A program made the translations under genes and the position numbers. This document shows, in pieces, positions 1 through 14,500 of a stretch of DNA of 64,000 nt. Location: NCBI RefSeq assembly GCF_006345805.1, contig NC_043008.1, forward strand, positions 32,426,001-32,490,000, read 5' to 3'. The first letter of the stretch is position 1. Each line of letters begins with the position of its first letter. A model generated the notes under the pieces. The model saw only the letters and a list, made by a program, of their open reading frames with translations. It was not told the DNA's origin and ran no database searches. This DNA comes from Octopus sinensis. Lineage: Eukaryota.

Positions 1-1608
1 TCTTATCTCTACAAGTTTCAAAAGCAAAAAAAAGTTCCTCCATTGTTCTCTGGTTCCCAGTTTTACTGAGATGTTATTGTTAAGTGAGGTGCAGGTATGG
101 CTGTAAAGTTTATAAGTTTGATTCCTAACCACATGGTTTTGGGTTCAGTCCCACTACATAGCAACTCGGGCAAATATCTTCTACTAAAGCCCTAGTGGGC
201 TGTCCTAAGTCTTGTGAGAGGATTTACTTGACAGAAACTGAAAGAAGTCTGTTGTATGTATATTTGTGACAGAGGATTGAGATATGTGGTACATTGCTGC
301 ACTTAAGACATGCCCACCACAACAGAATTGAGGTCCTAAAACCCAAGGTGCTACATAAAATGCATCAGTGTGGCTGCTGGTGCCCCATAAAAAGCACTGA
401 TGATGGTGCCACATAAAAAGCATCCAGTACACTCTGGAAAGGTTGGCATTAGGAAGGGCATTGAGTCATAGAAACCAAGCCAAAACAGACTGGAACCTGG
501 TGCAGCCCCTGACCTTGCCAGTTCCTTTCAAGCCATCCAACCCATGCCAGCATGGAAAACAGATGTTAAATGTTGATGATGACGATATATATACTTATTT
601 GTGTGTGTGTGTGTGTGTTTATATCTCCTTGTCTTGACATTGTGTGATAGCTGTACATGAAAATCATTTGTTTCCAATATTCTGTAAAGTGATGTTTGGC
701 TATGGGGACTTATTACCTTGCTTGGAAACAGGTAAAGGTTTTTGGTATGAAGAGCATCTGGTTGTAGAAATCTGTCTAATAAACTTCATCTGACTTATAC
801 GAGCATGGAAAAGTGGACATTAAAACAATGATGATGATAAACCCTCTCTGATATCCTCCAACAAAGCTATGAGACTAAAGTAGTCAATTTAATGCTTCAA
901 ATCAACTATATTGGATATAAAGCATCAAAATTATTTTCAAGTCTGATTTTCCATGCTTGCTTGGGTCATATAAGATTTTTTGAAGCAGATGCTCTTCCTG
1001 CTGCCAACCTTCACATGTCTCCAAGCAAGATATTTTCCTCTGGTTTGGACAAGAGGAACATGGCAAACAATACAACACCACTTATATGATGGTGATGATT
1101 AGCTTATAATTGGTGTAAAATGTCAAAACGAGGAAAGACACACACACACATATAGAATAGGCTTTTAACTTTCTGCTTACCAAATTCACTCAAAGCCTTG
1201 ATGGGGTTGCAGAAATTTATATCAGAAATTCTTCTGACAGAGAAACGAATAATATCTATGTCTTCATATAAAACATAGCTTTATATAAAACATATATATA
1301 TACCTGTGTAATGACACTATGAGACAAAATTATTAAAATGGATTTACTAAATGGGGGAATTTTATTGGTAGCAAAATCAGCTAGTTACTAGATTAGTGGG
1401 ACCTAATTTTGGGTTCACATTTTCAAATTTATTCCTTCTAAAAGTAAACAGAGGAATTTGTAGATATTGGTGATTATATTTACAGTCAAGTCCTTTAATG
1501 TTGCTTGTCATCTATTTAAGCAGGTTAATGATTCTCTATATTGATATTTAGTGTAGCTTGTCTAACAACTGTCAATTGTAATGTTATATATTTATTGGAT
1601 TGTTGCAG

Positions 1609-1687
1609 GGATGACCAAAATCAAGATGAATAAGGAGGAATCTGGATCCACCGAATTTATCGAAAGACGGCGACTTGCATTGCAAAG
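1609..1687 (+). CDS. SNX2: Sorting nexin-1/2 orthologue, internal exon (end of PX domain): (G)MTKIKMNKEESGSTEFIERRRLALQ(R)
   Basis: Acceptor tgttgcag|GG, donor AG|gtgaga. The peptide matches the SNX1/2 motif [27 protein letters not shown]. Invertebrates have a single SNX1/2 gene, so the symbol is nominal. Confidence 0.93.
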
Positions 1688-2455
1688 GTGAGACTGAATT
1701 CTTTGTTTTGCACTGTCATCATTTGGAGCATTACTGGGAAGATCCTTAGCATTATTGTTATAGCCCTTGAAGTTCAGTGTTCTAGTTTTACTTTCATTTT
1801 CCTTGTGAAGAAATTTCGGGATGCTTTTATTATCCTTGGAGGCTTATTTGAAGCAGCATTATACAGTTGGATTCTCCCTCTGTTGGCAACTATTGCTTGT
1901 TAGTCAAGTAAGAGATTACTCATTCTACAGGCCTTGAAAAGTGTTGAGCAACTACTTGTAATGTAAGTATAAGATGGCCATTTCACTCAGATAGTGACAA
2001 TCAAAGCCAGTGAATAAACGAGTATGTATACATGTATCTTAAATCGATTTATAACAATAAAATGAAGCCTGGTTAGCAGTTTTCACATTCTCAGTTCAGA
2101 ACCTGCTGAAGTTAACTTGATCTTCCATCCCTCCAGGGCTGATAAAAAAAAAAAAGTACCAGACAAGTACAGGTGTTGAGGGTAGTGACTCACCCCTCTC
2201 CCAAAATTGCTGGCCATGTGCCTAAATCAGAAACATTACTCTTTTACTTGTTTCAGCCGTGGTCATGCTGGAGCACCACCATTATTATCATTAATAAAAA
2301 AAAATTATTATTATGTCACCTCTGCCTTTCATCCTTTCAGGCCGATAAAATAAGTATCAGTTGAATATTGGGGTTGATGTAAATGACTTACCTCTGCCCC
2401 CTCGAAATTGTTGGCCTTATCCCCAAATTTGAAACCATCATTACTTTTATTATAG

Positions 2456-2648
2456 ATTTTTGTCAAGGACGTCTGCTCATCCTGTTCTCCGTGTTGACCC
2501 TGACTTCAGAGATTTTCTTGAAAAAGACGGTGACCTCCCTCGAGCAACAAGCACCTCTGCTTTGAGTGGGGCTGGGGTTATGCGTCTCTTCCACAGAGTT
2601 GGAGATGCTGTTGAGAAGATAACTTACAAGATGGACGAGACAGATGAG
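2456..2648 (+). CDS. SNX2: SNX1/2 exon (PX C-terminus and amphipathic helix): FLSRTSAHPVLRVDPDFRDFLEKDGDLPRATSTSALSGAGVMRLFHRVGDAVEKITYKMDETDE
   Basis: Acceptor ttattatag|A completes the split Arg codon (AG|A); donor GAG|gttagt, phase 0. Matches the SNX1/2 motifs HP..DPD.R.FLE and LSGAG. Confidence 0.96.
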
Positions 2649-3944
2649 GTTAGTATTTATTTTGACTTTGCTCTTCAAACTATATATTTGCATATATAGG
2701 ATATAATAATAATCTGTGTATTATATTTCTGTTTTATTTTCGTATCTAGTCGTTCTTATTTATATACAAAAAGATTTCTTGACATGGTTATGATATATAT
2801 ATTTTTTTAATTAATTAAGCTTTAGTGATGAAACTCATTCCTTTGTGTTCACATCTGTTTTGATCAGTATGATCTCAAATTGGCATCAGGTATCTTATTC
2901 CTAGATAAATATTAACATAACCAGAAAGATTATATTCGTATTAACAATAACTCATCACAGACATTAGACATTTAATAATCTTGACCACTGACATTTTTTG
3001 TTGATATGTATGTATGTATGTATGTGTGTGTGTGTGTGTACATGTCGATTTGCAAACATTTGTCTTGCTAGGTGAATATAAAGCTGGTGTCAGTGATCTT
3101 TCTGAAGTCATCATTATCATTTAATGTCCATTCTTCATACTGGCATGGATTGGATGGTTTGGTAGGATCCAATGAGTCAGAGGACCACTTTGTGCTCCAG
3201 TGTCTAACCATTTCAGTGTACATTTGGTGGGGTTTTTAGAAGAAAAGAATTTTTTTTATGTGGTACCACTACTAGTGAAGTTGTCTTGCAACTTACAAAA
3301 CTAAAGGGTTCTCTATAGCAGAAGGGTAATAGGAGAGAGAGTGTGATAATTTTAGGAATGGTTATGAGATAGGGTGAAGTATGGTGAGAGAAGCAGATGT
3401 ATAGTTGGTAGAAGGTTGTTGTAGAGAGTAATAGAGTATATACTCAGTATCACCTAACTCTGTCCATTTACTTTAAATAGGCACTAAAGGTAGTAGCGAG
3501 ACAAGGTTCATTGCTATAAGCAGTGGGAAAAAAATTAGCTATATCCATTTACATTCTGAGTTCAAATTCCATGGTATCTAGTTACATTCCTTTATATTCA
3601 AATCTTACTGACAGCAGGTTTACCTTTCATCTTAAAGAGGAAGAAGGTATCTTCAAAATAAGTAGATAACTGCCAAGTCCTGAATTTGATTCATTTGACT
3701 GTTACTCCCACTCAAATGTTTGGCCTTGTATTTACAGTTGAAATTCTCATTGTTTGACAAAAACTGAAAAAAGTTCATCATATCATTTAATGTCTGCTTT
3801 CCATGGTAGCATGGGTTAGACAGTTTGATTGTAACTGGTAAGCCGGAGAGCTGCACCAGATTCCAGTCTAATTTGGCATGTTTTCTAAGAGTGAATGGGT
3901 GCTTTTTACATACTTCTGGCATCAGCAATGGCCACGACTATATA

Positions 3945-3982
<38 letters not shown>

Positions 3983-5454
3983 ATACATGTATTTGTATTC
4001 ATATTTGTATATCTGTGTTTGTTTCTCTCTCATCATTGTTTGATAATGGGTGTTAGTTTGTTTAATGTCCCCATAACTTAGCAGTGCAGTAAGAGAGACT
4101 GATAAAATAAGTTCCAGATTTAAAAAAGTAAGCTCAGGGGTTAGATTTTTCAAGGCAGTGCCCCGTCATGGCCACAGTCTAATGCATGAAGCAAAAAATA
4201 AAAGATAATCAGCCTAATTATCATTTTTTTTTCTCTGCACAATGAATTGTTTCACTTAGACATGAAGACTGATATTTTGAAATTGGAAACTGTGGTGATC
4301 TTGTTTGTTTCTTCTTTTACCCTAAGAATATTTGTTAGAAGTGGAATGGCTCTAGCTTGGAATTTAACTGTACTGCTCAGTTTAGTGAGATGTAACTGGT
4401 ATTTTATGGCATTTAATTACAGTTATTGGTAGTTGTTGTTTAAACCTAGGCTATGCCTGATCAAGATGATGGATGATCAAAAGTGTTCCTGTCCTGATGA
4501 TGTTACATTTTTTTACCCAGCATCTGTATTTCGAATCACATCCAAGTTGTCCTTTCTTTTTGGACATTAGTCTGTGATTTGAAGGAAATTTAGCTACTAT
4601 TTCTAGCAAGTTGAGTAACTGCATAGATGCTTTCCTTGTGGCTTGATCGTAGTAGTGATATCTTACTTAAGCACAAATAATTAAAGTTAATTATTGTCAG
4701 CTCTGATTTAGCAGATGTGAAAGGTGTCTTTTTCATGACAATTTTGTTTTTTTTCCCTGGTTCAGTGCATGCACACAGGATCACATTTTTTCTTCTAAGT
4801 CAGTAGGGTTGGAGAGAGAATTGGCTGTTATTTCTAACAGGCTGTATGACAATGTATAAGTTTTTATGTTGACCTTGAACAATACCAATTATTTTCTTCT
4901 ATGGCTAGTATTTCTAAATTAAAATATCACTTAAGTAAATTACTGAAATATAGATGCCATCCGCATAAAAAAAAAGGTTAATTTTAACATATTCAATGTA
5001 GTAACCATCAAAGATCTACTTACAAATCTCTGTGTGGTGAGGAAAAGGCAACATTGATGACTATTGTTATTTGAATTATTTCAACAAGTACAGGGACATT
5101 TCTGATTAGTTTGTATACTCTACCTATTCCTTCAAATCTTTTAGGTAAGGGGTGCAGTTGAATGAATCAGTACTAATATTTTATTGCACATAGTTTTGTG
5201 AGAATTTGATGCAAGAACTTGTGTAAGTGACAAAAAATTTAAAGTATTAAAAGCACTCTCATCAAAGCTAGGGTTGTAGCTAATAAAACTCTTCTAAAAT
5301 ATTTACATATTTGAAAGTGGGTAGACCCACCACATGTTAGACAAAATAGTGATGGCAAAAACTGAATTGATAGTAGTCTTAAGTTGCATAAATTGTAGAA
5401 TATGTTTCAATCATTGTGCATACAATATGTATCATCTTCATTATCATTATACCA

Positions 5455-5870
5455 TCCACTTTTCCATGTTTGCATGAGTCAGATGGAATTTGTTAAGGCA
5501 GATTTTTTTTCTATAGTCAAATGCCCTTTCTATTGCCAACCCTCACTTTGTTTTCAAGCAAAGTAATATACCACTATGGTCAAACATGTTTACATGAAAA
5601 GTTAGAAATGAACACTGCTTGTATGACAGTGATGCTCATTGTACAACAATCATGCATTGCCAAGACAAGGAGAGACTAGCATGCACACACACACACACAC
5701 ATGATGAGCATCTTACTGTTTATGTCTGCCAAATCCACACACAAGACCTTGGTTGGCCCTGAGCAGACGTTTAGAAGACACTTGCGCAAGGTGCCACACA
5801 GTGAGACTGAACTCAAAACAATGTGATTGGGAAGCAAGCTTCTTAACCCTACAGCTATGCCTACCCTTAT
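5455..5870 (-). mobile_element. SINE A head joined to an RTE-type tail; similar copy at about 59975-60450
   Basis: Same head as 18907, but after the microsatellite linker the 3' part is the gcatggaaaagtgga RTE-type tail. Confidence 0.7.
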
Positions 5871-7462
5871 AGAATTGATCAAACAATTGATATGAGGTAT
5901 GTAGTTTTATTAACAAGTCTTTTCCTATAATGACTCCTTGATTACAACTGATTTGGTGTGCTTGAAGAGATAGTTGTATGAAAGTAAGAAATCTTGCATT
6001 AAAAGTAATTACAAATCTCAGCTGCTCATTTCTTTATATTTCTTCCAGACTATTGTTTGTTGTATTGATGGAATATTTCTAACACAAGTGAATTGAGGTT
6101 ATCTCTTTCCTTGTTGCCATTTCTTGAGATTCTATCTTGATCTTTTCTGTCTTTCTTCTTCTATTATATTGTCTTCGTTTCCTTATGTTTGGGAAAACAA
6201 AACAAACAAGAAAACAGCTGTTTTACTGGCATTGTAATTCATCTTGAATTATAAACTGTTTGTTGTCATCAACCTCCCAAAGATTGCACTTACTGCCCAC
6301 TGCATTCCATGTTTGATTGATTTAAGTTTTGAGATCATGTCTTCTGCCTTTCCTAATCAGAGCTAGATATTTAATAATAATGATAAAATAATCATCATCA
6401 TTTAGTGTCTGTTTTTCATGCTGGCCTGGGTTGGGATGGTTTGACTGAAAACTGGTAAGCTGCACCAGGTTCTGATCTGATTTAGCAAGGTTTCTACAGC
6501 TGGATACCCTTCCTAATGCCAACCACTCTGAGAATGTAGTGGGTGTTTTTTACCCACTACATTGACCTGACACCAGTATCAGCCACAACTACTATAACAA
6601 TAATAATAATTTCTGCTATAGGCACAGGGCCTGAAATTTTAGGGGTGGAGGCTAGTCTATTACATTGACCTGAGTACTTGACTGCTATTTTATTGACCCC
6701 AAAAGGATGAAAGTAAAGTTGACCTCTGGAATTTGAACTCAGGATGCAGAGATGGATGAAATACTGCTAAGCAATTTATCTGGCATGTTAATAACTTCAC
6801 CTACTTGCTGCCTTAATAATAATAATAATAATCTTTTCTTCTGTAAACACAAGACCTAAAATTTTGGAGGAGGGGACTAGTTGATTACATCAACCCCAAT
6901 TTTCAGCTGCTACTTATTTTATCCACCATGAGAAGATGAAGGCAAAGTAAGGTTGGCCTTAGCAGAATTTGAACTCAGAATGTAAGGTTGGATGAGCTAC
7001 TGCTAAGCACTTTGTATAGTGCTCAGGTGTACTGCAGCCCAGAAAAGAGTAAAGAAAAAGGATAAAAAGCAGCAATAAGTAAAGAAAGACAGCAATGATA
7101 GCTGAAAGAATAATCATAGTACACAGAATAAAACACTGTAAGGCAGAAAAGTGAACAGTAATTTCAGGAAGCATGAACTATTTGAAGGATACAGTGTTCT
7201 TACAGCTAACAACCATTGCTCATAGTTTATTTCATGCTTCAACAATTCTGAGTTTGAAAAATTGTCTTTGAAAGTCATGGCTGTTGTGCACTGGCTTGAG
7301 CTTGCTAATAAAATGTGGATAATTTTTTGAGCTTCTGTGAAGTTTTAGTGTTAATCCCCAGAGAAGTAAGACATTCAAGATGTGACTGGTGGAGGGTATT
7401 TGTTTGGTTGCACATCTCTGGAAATGTTTCTCAGTGTTTATATAGTGTAACCATATATAGCT

Positions 7463-7692
7463 TTAGCTCTTCAGCACTCAGATTATTCTGTCAAAAGTAA
7501 AAGTAATGCATTTTTATTTACATTGTTTTGAATTAATCATGCATTATGTTGTAGCTTCAAGATTTTAATGATGTGATTGTTTATTTTTAGACATTGTAGG
7601 TTAGGTGTGAGAGGCTGGATCTGGGTGGTTTAAACACAAAACAAGTAGAATATTTGAGCCAGATATGACAGGTTTAAGCACTAAAAGGTTAA
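7463..7692. mobile_element. piggyBac-type (TTAA) MITE; related copies at about 11873-12081 and 24298-24502
   Basis: Shared body (cacattgttttgaattaatc...gagattttgatg...tagaatgacattgtag). Ends match TTAACCCTTTAGC / GCTAAAGGGTTAA, with decay. Confidence 0.7.
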
Positions 7693-7899
7693 ACAGATAA
7701 CCAGTAAGTGGCTAACAAAGATCTTATTGAGCGATGTTAAGACACTTGATAGTTTTGATGATTTTAGAAATATTATTCATTCAATAATAATATTGAAATC
7801 ATATTTGCCAGCAGACTTTGCAAAGCTGGTGTTGTAGAGGAAGTTGGTAAATTTCAGGTTTTTCATCCCTAAATGTACAATGGGACACTTGTCTGCAAC

Positions 7900-8520
7900 C
7901 TGCTCAAGTTGCTGGTCTGCATTTCATTGTGCATCGTATTCAGGTTAGATTGCAAGAAGATTTATTGTGTATAGGGTTCATTCGTTCAAAAACAATTTAT
8001 ATCTGGCTTCAAGCCTATCATGATTCAAAGGCGATGGGATGTTGTTCTTGTATAGTTTCCCAGGACTTTTTTTTTTATTGCTGTTCGTTGTTGGTTCTGT
8101 ACTCTCAGACCAGCTTGCATCCCATTTCTGTACGTCACCAGACTCGACAAATTTCAATAGCTGCTCACCATAGTGTAATTTAAAACTCATGTGGGGTTGA
8201 GTCATGATTCAAGCAAGCTTCTGGCATATATGGGGTGATAAATTAAGATGAGTTCGACAAGTTATTCAAACTCCACACTTAGCCTTATCAAAGTTTAAGA
8301 GTATGCATGTGACTTGTCTAGGTTTGAATCCCAGTTCAGCAAAACAGAGAACATTATTTTGGGATCAGAGTCTTTGGGTACAAGTTAGTAAATGACCATA
8401 GATCAAGGGTGTCCTCAGGTACGCCAATAGTAATCTCCTTAGTAGATACAGGGGCTTCCTCAATGTACCTGTATTCAGCTATAGCTGCAAGCAAATTTGT
8501 ATGCACAGCATCCTCCTGAT
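7900..8520 (-). mobile_element. Highly decayed CR1/L2-like reverse transcriptase remnant
   Basis: Scattered motif remnants in the expected order (GVP, SLFA, F...KCK-like, RVQ..A.K, LEAR), with many stops. Confidence 0.35.
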
Positions 8521-11500
8521 ATGATCCTTAGTTGTGCAATTCTTTATGGATTTTTGCTTTAATATCCATTACTTCACTGTTCAAATCTGAGATTAGTTAT
8601 AGAATTTCTGCAACTTCCTTATGGATGTCAGTTTTTGTTCAACAGTTTAGGTGGAAGAAGACACAGGTTTGGCATTGAAAAAACCAATTTAGTAAAACCG
8701 TTTCCCAGAGCTCATCCATCATAGAACCATAGGATGCCTTTTAGGACCTGGGGCTGTTGGGAAGTTAGTGGTATACTGGAGGTAGATAAAGAAACATGAC
8801 ATTTACTGCAGTCAACCAACCCTTCAATTTTGGGAAAATTTTCAGTTTTAGTATATATATATGTGTGTGTGTGTATGAGGATAACTGACTGAAAAAGCCA
8901 CTTGAGCAGCACCTCAAAAACTGGCTGCACCAGTTAAGAGAATCATCATCAACATTTAACGTTCATTTTCCATGCTTCATGGGTTGGACAGGAACTGGCA
9001 GGGGCCACTGCAGGTTCCATAGTCTGTTTTGGCTTGGCTTCTGTGGCTGGCTGCCCTTCCTAACATCAGCCACTTTACAGAGTGTACTGGGTGCTTTTTT
9101 TTTGCGTGGCACCATCACCAGCACTGTTTACATAGCACCAGCACCCACACCAATGCTTTTTACATGGCACTTTGGTTTTAAGATCTCAATCCTTTTGTGG
9201 TAGATAATGGTTTTATATATATATATTGTGGATGTGACTCTCAGGACATTGTTTTGTTTTAGGATCAGCAACCAATTTTGTTGTGTAGTTCACCCATACA
9301 TGAAACCATTGCAATTTTGTCCTGTCTTAACCGTTTATACTATTGAACAGAATATGTTTACGTACAAGATGCTCATTAAACTGATAACTATAATAGTGTT
9401 TTTCTGAGTATTGTTTGTGTGACTCTGCACACACAGATATACTTGTTAAGAAGAAATATGATGTATACTAGATCACAGCTTTTTATTTCTTATTAAAAGA
9501 TTATAATTTCAGTTAAAATTACTTTGGCTTTTTAAATTCCATATGCCAACATCTATAAGTTCCCTGGGTATTCACTCATTCAGCTGTTCTCTTAATAATC
9601 AACACTGCTTTATTGTTCCAGATTATAAACGAACTATATTATAAGTGAATTGAATTCTTACTAGATAGCCTAAATATTTACTGATGAACTTTGTGCTGAG
9701 ATATTATCAATCAATGTGGAGTAGGTACCAATAGATTCTGATTGAACAGACCTTGATCACAAAAGAAGCCAACAAAAATTTTTGCTAACCAATACAACTA
9801 AACAGATGACTGTGAAACTATCACTGAAGTGTTTTCATAACAGTAACTTAAAGTATGAAAATTTGGAATACCACAAAATATTTTGTTTGGCACTCTGACT
9901 CTGCCAAACTTTATTCCTTTCAAGTAAATATTAAGTGACCTTCCATCAAAGTTACAAGTCATTGTTACTCTTATAATAAATATTATTAGTACTAAAATTG
10001 GTCGAGCACTTGATAAGCTGTTTCACATTTTGTGTCCAAACCTCAATGAGATCAACTTTGCATCAGAGCCAATAGAAGGGACTCTGCATGGTTGAGTGAG
10101 TTGCTAGAAATGATAGCCAATTCGCCATCCAGTCACTGCTTGATGTCTGAAAGGAAGGACATATTATATTATGTATTTCTACATACATTATGTCTAGGAA
10201 AGTTGGGATGGTCACAGATGGAACGCTTGTAATCATAAGTCTGTTCCATCAGATTCAACATGATGCTAGACAATAGCAGTAGCTGAAATGAATATATTAC
10301 TAACTTAGCAGCGAAGATATCTGCTCCAAAATCTAGATGCCTTCCTTGTCATGTAATTCCTGTTTAGCGACATCGACAAGCACCAATTTCTTCGGATATA
10401 ACAGTTTCACTGTCAAGTCGACAGGTGTTAGCTCTTTAATATACTTAGGAAAGGGCAATAACTCTTCTCCAATACATTTTTTTTCTAAGGGAGGTAATTG
10501 GATGTCTCATAATTGGAACATAATCTATAACTGATATATCAGCTGATTACTATCATCTTTGATACAAAAGTCTCGAGTTTTAGTGTAACTGGTTCTCCAG
10601 TAATTATTTAATTGACAATAAATACGTGTAACTTGGACTCAGAATGATTGAAAGTAAATGGCCTATTGTAAACTAATTTTTGCACAAGCATATTGTTGCT
10701 TTCAGTAAAAATACTCACTGTTCAATATATACACTTATATTAGGCAGATCAATGATATATCTATATTATCAGTATATACTATGTTTATTGTACTGTTTCT
10801 CTACGTTTGATCTGTATATCATTACAGATAATACTGCTAAGTACAATAGTAACCACACCACTTGACTAGAAATGAACTGGATGATGACACTGTATAGGGC
10901 GTTCTAAACTCACCAGTTACAGTTGTACATCTAACTGTACTCACAAGAGGTTACTATATTGTTAATGCTAATTTCATAGCATTCAACTGTAGATAATAAT
11001 GTGATGGTTGATTAGAAGTAATATATTATTACTTTGAAGACTTAATTATTATTGAGCATACACCCAAATGTTGTCAACCCAGCTGTTGCTGAGTTTATAG
11101 ATTTAATTGTGTGGAGTATGGACATAGTGGTGGATGATAGATTGATTTCCTATCAAAGCAGAGTGAGTGAGTGTTAAATGTATTATTACATTTTGGGGGC
11201 ATAGATGGATTGGCAGAATTGTTAGTGAGTCAGACAAAATGCCTGTGATATTTGTTCCAGCTCTTTACACTCTGAGTTCAAATCCTTCCAAGGCCAACTT
11301 TGCTTTTTATTTTTATTTTTTTTCTCTTTCTGAGAGTTAGTAAAATATAACTGTAGTCAAGTACTGGTGTAAATTTGTTTAACTCATCCTCCCAGATCTC
11401 TGGCATCATGCGTATCAAATAAAAAGCTTTGTGGTTTGGCAGAACCATCAATGTTTCAAACAAAATTCCTTTTATTTAGTTATGGATTTTTATTTTCTGA

Positions 11501-14500
11501 GTCAAAACCTGACTGAGTTTAGCTTAGTCCTTCATCCTCTCAGGGTTCGTAAAACGAAGTACCAATTTATCAACTTAACTTTCTCTCCCATCCAAATTTC
11601 TGGCCTTGTACCAATGTAAGAAATTGCTATTATTGCTCTGTGATCACTGAGGAAAATGGTATGGAAGAAATGTTACTGCATCTCACAAGTAATAATAATT
11701 AGATTCATCCATCTATGATCCCTGTATAAATCTTGTCATGCTTGATAAAATATGTCCTAGTAGTATTATACTAGGAGTTGTTTGAATTGATTACATATCA
11801 CTCCTATGTATTTCTGGATCTTTTCCCATTGTAGTATGTCATTGTTATTATTGCTTCCTTGTCATAGATTATTTAACCCTTTAGCCCTGTAATGTTTATT
11901 TATTCATTGTCTTGAATTATCCATGCATTATCTTGTAGCTATGAGATTTTGATGATGTAACTTAATTTTTTAGAATGATATTGCAGTGTTGGCATGGGGA
12001 AACCACATCTGGCCTGTTTGAACATAAAAGCAGGTTGAATATTTTGGCCAAATGTGGCCGGTTTCAATGCTAAATGATTCAGTAGTTATTCTTTGACCAA
12101 GGTCCTGGCTTGAAGTAGAATTCTAATTGCATTCCAGCTATGACTATATCATCATATTTCCAGCCTAGTGTATCAAGGACTACAGTATCTATTGTGGCCT
12201 TCCAGTTTTAGGATGACAGGATGTAAATTGAGGAACATTTGGTTGCTATGTCTAACAAGTTCCTATATATGTTGTCTAGAGTTGTAATCTTGTATATTTC
12301 TCTACAATTCAATAGTTGAACATAATTGAGGAATCATTGGTTCTAATTTTAACTAATTTAGTATTTACCTAGAGACTACTTCCAATTTACTGCTGTAATT
12401 CATACTAATTAAATAGCTATAGTTTCGTTGCAGTTATATATTATGCATTGTTTATGTTTCATGTTGTTAAAAAATGTTTTTAATATATTCCTAAAAAATA
12501 TATTCTACGTGGTTATCTGTAAATTAGAAATAAGTTTTGGAAACAAAAAGTTATTCTAGAAATAGTTGTTGTAACAGTAAATTAAATTAAAAAAAAAATG
12601 GAGCTTTTTTTTTTTCATTAAATTGAATTTATCATTTTTCTTTTTTCAAATCAGTATTGACATTTTGAATTTAAAATTTTATTGATATACAACATAGATT
12701 ATTGAAAGATTTAATGTTTGAATTCAGATTAAAAAAACGAAATCCTTCATGTTAAAGTAATTTCAGTTGTAATATAAAAAGAAAGAATGAGAAAATAATT
12801 TTAAAAATTCCAATTATATTTACATAATGCTTACCAACTCATATATGATCTCCACAAAAAATGTTTTTGTCTAAGTTTTTCTGATATCAGCTTTCGGAGG
12901 GATGAAATTTTCCTTACACACACACACACACATATATAGTAGCTGTTTTGTACAGTTAGTCAGATGGCATAGAAAATTTTGGTATAAAAGGAGTAAACAA
13001 AAAATATATGCACTGAAGGATGTTATTTTTTTGTTTACTTCTACAGTATACCAAAACTTTCCACTTGGCCTTCCATTCTTTTGTGTTTACTGTACATGAA
13101 GCTGCTACCTCTATCCCATAGCAAATTTGACTGCATAGACGGAAAATTTCATGCTACTTTTACTGTTTTTGAGAAGCCAATATCTACTGTTGATAAAATA
13201 AATTTTGATTCTAGAGTCAATATTGAATCTTTTGCTCTGTGTGCTTTGTGTATTTTAATACACAAAGTTTTAAAGCAAGCAGTTTATATATATAATTTTA
13301 CTAATACATTTATTTGTTTTCCCATCCGTACATTATCTGTTGTTTGTACTTTGTTTGTTATATATGTTAATCAAAATGATATAGTTCAATTATCTTTGAG
13401 TTGAGTGAGATATCAGTTAGTAGCTTTCTCCTTCCCCTTCACTTTTTTCCTGCCTCTGCTCCTATTGTATCTTCTATCTCCCCCCTCTCTCCACCTCTTT
13501 GTCATATTGTTGTCTCCTGAAGATTTGAACTAAAAGATGCATAAGTTTCAACATGAGTGTCTCAGCCACAGAGAAAAACTTGCTACAAGCTGGTATAAAA
13601 GTATACCTAAAACTCTAAACTGTTTATAGTTCACTAGGGATATAAATTTATGAAATTTAGTATTGCCATAACTGTTGTAAGTTTTGACAGTCTGCACACT
13701 TTCTGTTTAACTAGCTGACACCCTGCCCTCATCTCATGTTATGTCAGTTTGAATGGTTTTGTAAGTCCATGTGTGAACACACATGCTCCAATACAAAAGT
13801 TATATCCACAATTTTGTTTTGTATATAGTATATTATGAGTTTGCATGTGTATATGTTTGTGTACACATACAATCACACACTTGTACACACATATATGCTC
13901 CAATATAAAGGTGATAACTCTATTCTATGTTCCCATAGCAAATTTTATCACTGCTCCGAAATAAACTTATTTATTGAGCACATTCATAAAACTATCTCAT
14001 GTTTAACTGACTTAGGATCCTTGTATTAGTCCTATTTATGTCAATATATTTATTAATCAATATCTGTATATGTAAACACTTGAGTACAAACAAAAGAATC
14101 AGATCAGCCGCAAACAGGAAATTAGAAACCTCAGGAGGATAGAGCTGTGAAGTTTCATCTGCCAGTAAAATGTATATCAGTATATCTGTCTGTCTAAGAG
14201 AGAGATAAGGGGGATGGGGGGAGGAAATATTCTTAGATACTGCAATAATTCATCTGAAGACGGGAGTTGAATCTTACCTCTTCTGATAACTAAGTAAGCT
14301 TACTTTTATACTAGTAGAAGGACTTTCACTATTGAAAATGATATACAAATGTCTGTTCATTGCATTATTACTGTGTTAGAAATGGAGTTGCACATAAATT
14401 TCTATGTTGGATATAACTGAAAAGACTGAGGACATAGACTTCCCTCTTCAACCAAGTCTCCATCAACTTATCTTCCACATGGAGAGCTGTGTGAGGATGG

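Noticed and set aside
5120-5150. Second recursive-splice-like site (aatcttttag|gtaagg at 5144/5145)
   Set aside because: It overlaps the end of a decayed SINE B copy, which can generate this pattern; no independent support.
10336-10510. Protein-like open frame on - strand (DIQLPPLEKKCIGEELLPFPKYIKELTPVDLTVKLLYPKK...)
   Set aside because: No start codon, no recognisable family and no partner exons found; the resemblance to the PX PPxxEK motif is probably chance. A TBLASTX search would settle it.
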